A stretch of 60,682 nt of DNA, counting the filler, from Fonticula-like sp. SCN 57-25 (Eukaryota): NCBI GenBank assembly GCA_001724245.1. It is 4 parts of 4 records of this genome, joined end to end, with 100 filler letters (N's around TTAATTAATTAA, not from the genome) between each part and the next. Parts side by side here need not be neighbours in the genome. Positions count along the whole stretch, not along the records: positions 45,601 to 60,682 come from MEDX01000145.1; 3 more parts are not named here. One strand, written 5' to 3'. Shown here piece after piece: positions 58,348-60,682 of this stretch (its first letter is position 1; the number at the start of each line of letters is the position of its first letter). Position numbers and translations under genes: made by a program. The notes under the pieces are model-generated. The model was not told the origin of the DNA and did not search any database. It was given only the letters and a program-made list of their open reading frames with translations.

Positions 58348-60174
58348 TTACGAATATGCTTGGAGGCGATCGGCCGGGCGGTATTGCGGGCCGCCGCACT
58401 CGACGCAGCCGCCGCACTCGCCCGAGATCGACACGGAGCGCAGATACTCACGGTCCTCTCCCTCTAAAGACGCAATGTCCACCTGCTGCGCGTTGCAAAG
58501 CGCACACGCGATGACATGCGGCGGCCTCAGCGCGAGGCCCGACGCCGCGCATACGCTATTTACATGTCCATTGGCGCACGCCACAGTGCCGCCGCTCGGA
58601 ACCGGCAGCGGCTCGGCACATACGGCGCACAATTCTGCCGATGCACCTGCAGTAGTGGAGCCGAGCGCGCGTGCAGACGATTTCTGCAGAGGTGACCGCA
58701 GAGTCCGCCCATGCAGCACAGACTTCCTCCTTGACTCGGAAAGGGCGGTTACTTTGACGCAAAGACGGGCAGTTATTTCGTTGAGTTGAGTAGAGTCGGC
58801 ACCGAGCGACATGCCAAGTGCCGCAGAGATGTTTGCCAAAAGCGCAAAGGGCCACTGCGCAGAGTTGCTGTAGTCAACGAGAGCGGCGAGCGCGTCGTCG
58901 CTCGGGGAAAGCGACGTGTATGCGAGCTGCTCCCACAAAACAAGCGGCAAAGCAGCGACATCGGTGAAGCGAGCATCGGTAGAAGGCGCTGCAAAGGGAA
59001 GAATGCAAATGCGCGCGTCCGCAATCTCAGCGCCCTTTGCCTCGTACTGGCTGTAGAGTTGCGCCACAAACTGCCGCCCGGGCGTCCACGATGCGCCCCA
59101 TATCCTCGGCGGCAGCGGCCGCCCCACAAGGCCGGTGCATGTTGACGCCGGGCAGATTGGCTCGCCCTTTGACTGCGACGCAGGGCCGACAGAGCGCGAC
59201 GAGCCGTCGGGAAAGCACAGAACCACTTCGTTGCCGCGCCAGGCAATACCGCTCGGCGCCTTTTCAAACATGTCAAACTGCGTTACCGTGCAGCCCGATG
59301 CCGACATAAATTGTACGCCAAACGGAAATACGGCCGCCAGAACATCGCCGGCGTCGTTCCACGCGAGCGACGCAGCAAACGAGCGCGCCGCTTGCGCCTG
59401 CGGCCACGGTAGTAATACAAATTGGTTGTTGTCGACTTGATATAAAAGTATGCCCCCTGAGCTGAGCGAGACAGCGAGGCGGTTATGAAGCGACCACGCC
59501 ATAGCGACGACGCTCCCCCGCAGTTCCGGTGACCACGGCGTGGAAAGCACGCAGCGCACTTCGTCCTCCAATGACCAGCACATCACCGTGCCTGCCTTGT
59601 TGCCGCAGCACAGGAGCGAGTCACCTCCGAGTGGCGGCGACCACGCCATGGCCGTCGTCTCAAACAGATCGACCTGGAGAAGTGCTCGCCGCCGCAATGC
59701 TGCCGCTGACTCGCCTTGTGTTTCCGGGAATACCGAGTGAGAATCAAGATCTGCTGCCTCCCGCTGCGCGCGCGTCAGCAGTGCATGCATACGCCACGCA
59801 TCCCTGGCGGGGTGGGCGGCGGCCTCGAATACTCCCACGACATGGCTGCGCGTGCATGCGGCCAAAAGACAACGCCCACGCTGCCTCGCCAACCTCGGCG
59901 ACCAAGCGACTATCCTAAACGCCGGCGCCAGAGTGTCGTTGTCCGCGGGCCGAAGATCCGTGTCGTCGCCCGCAGCAGGCAGGTCAGGGGCGCCGGCGGG
60001 CTGCTTCGGCAGAGCGTCGACGAGGATGCAGACGCGATCGGCAGTTCCGTTGTAGCGAGGCGTCACAATATGTACTGCCTTTTCCGTCGCGCATGCCAGC
60101 TGGTTCGCGTCGGACCACGCCAGGCACGTGTCCGACCCGCCGCCGACCGGCCGCGACCCGAGCACCCAGTCCAT
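58348..60174 (-). CDS. GTF3C4: TFIIIC 90-kDa/delta subunit (WD40 plus C-terminal zinc finger)
   Basis: CLAWSDANQLA.ATE.AVHIVTP; AWSP...RGRCLLA; C-terminal CAVC...CANGH...CAASGL...CALC; intronless. Confidence 0.8.
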   Translation of the reverse strand: MDWVLGSRPVGGGSDTCLAWSDANQLACATEKAVHIVTPRYNGTADRVCILVDALPKQPAGAPDLPAAGDDTDLRPADNDTLAPAFRIVAWSPRLARQRGRCLLAACTRSHVVGVFEAAAHPARDAWRMHALLTRAQREAADLDSHSVFPETQGESAAALRRRALLQVDLFETTAMAWSPPLGGDSLLCCGNKAGTVMCWSLEDEVRCVLSTPWSPELRGSVVAMAWSLHNRLAVSLSSGGILLYQVDNNQFVLLPWPQAQAARSFAASLAWNDAGDVLAAVFPFGVQFMSASGCTVTQFDMFEKAPSGIAWRGNEVVLCFPDGSSRSVGPASQSKGEPICPASTCTGLVGRPLPPRIWGASWTPGRQFVAQLYSQYEAKGAEIADARICILPFAAPSTDARFTDVAALPLVLWEQLAYTSLSPSDDALAALVDYSNSAQWPFALLANISAALGMSLGADSTQLNEITARLCVKVTALSESRRKSVLHGRTLRSPLQKSSARALGSTTAGASAELCAVCAEPLPVPSGGTVACANGHVNSVCAASGLALRPPHVIACALCNAQQVDIASLEGEDREYLRSVSISGECGGCVECGGPQYRPADRLQAYS

Positions 60175-60205
60175 CGTTCGAAACCGTTCGAGGAAGGTTC
60201 GTGTA

Positions 60206-60218
60206 TTTGGCGCGCAAA
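60206..60218. promoter_or_regulatory. E2F-like site
   Basis: TTTGGCGCGCAAA, ~32 bp upstream of the GTF3C4 ATG at 60174. Confidence 0.45.
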
Positions 60219-60395
60219 TAGTGCTGTGCACAGCATTGCCCACATGAGGCTATTATTGCTCGTCGTACGATTGCTGTGGGCAGCAGTGCTGGCATTGTTC
60301 GGCCCTATTGACCAATCAGCATCGCGTATCGCGGCTTTGCGGTGTGGGTTTTGGACGGAAGCCACCCAGTATTTTTCCCCCTGCTACCACAGAAG

Positions 60396-60682
60396 ATGGC
60401 TCGTGCGGGGATCGCGTTTGCGCTTCTCGCGCTCATTGCCGGCAGCCAGGCTGCCTGGGAGGTAAATAATTATTGCCCTTTGCTTTGGCGTTGTTTTTGG
60501 CTAATATATTGTTTTTTTTTGCTTTTTTAGATTGTTGCCCCTAACGCGGCGACCGTTCTTCTTGGCGTTTCGGCCCCGGGCCCGGATCCGGAGACTGTCT
60601 ACATTTCTGGCGGCGATAACGGCTCTGGCGCCTCGGTGTTCAAGTCGGTTGATGGCGGCGTCACCTTTGAGGACCTCCCCCA
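60396..60682 (+). CDS. Secreted BNR/Asp-box repeat protein, 3'-truncated
   Basis: Signal peptide MARAGIAFALLALIAGSQA; intron 60462-60530; Asp-box KSVDGGVTF. Confidence 0.65.

Overview
Gene-dense, GC-rich eukaryotic (protist) DNA made of four separate ~15 kb contigs: 1-15109, 15210-30317, 30418-45500 and 45601-60682. They are joined by artificial 100-nt N44-TTAATTAATTAA-N44 linkers and appear ordered by decreasing length, so gene order across linkers means nothing. I reconstructed about 31 protein-coding genes by hand. Most are split by 45-65 nt spliceosomal introns with GT(A/G)CG donors and CTRAC/CTAAT branch sites, and many sit head-to-head around 80-330 bp promoters. Recognisable genes include RFC1, MMM1, GNPTAB, a CD36/LIMP-2 protein, RRP7, cyclophilin, NDUFB2, a Nudix hydrolase, RCL1, an acyl-CoA ligase, an F-BAR protein, RPS11, AHCY, an SLC26 transporter, GINS1, GINS2, MED10, NudC, TAF2, CCT3, GTF3C4 and three kinases. 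The mix of fungal-type and animal/amoebozoan-type genes suggests a unicellular opisthokont or close relative (inference). Best leads: (1) a Cdc15/SepA-like kinase fused to a calmodulin-like domain, with an in-frame TAG inside EF-hand 3; (2) an ATP6AP2-like protein carrying a fungal DUF3844/Vps3844-like cysteine module; (3) a 1636-aa intronless DUF3883/NO VEIN-type nuclease-domain protein; (4) eight CCAAT boxes phased at ~30 bp; (5) a recurring CAGTTTGC/GCAAACTG promoter motif. All family calls are from motif recognition by eye; no database searches were run.
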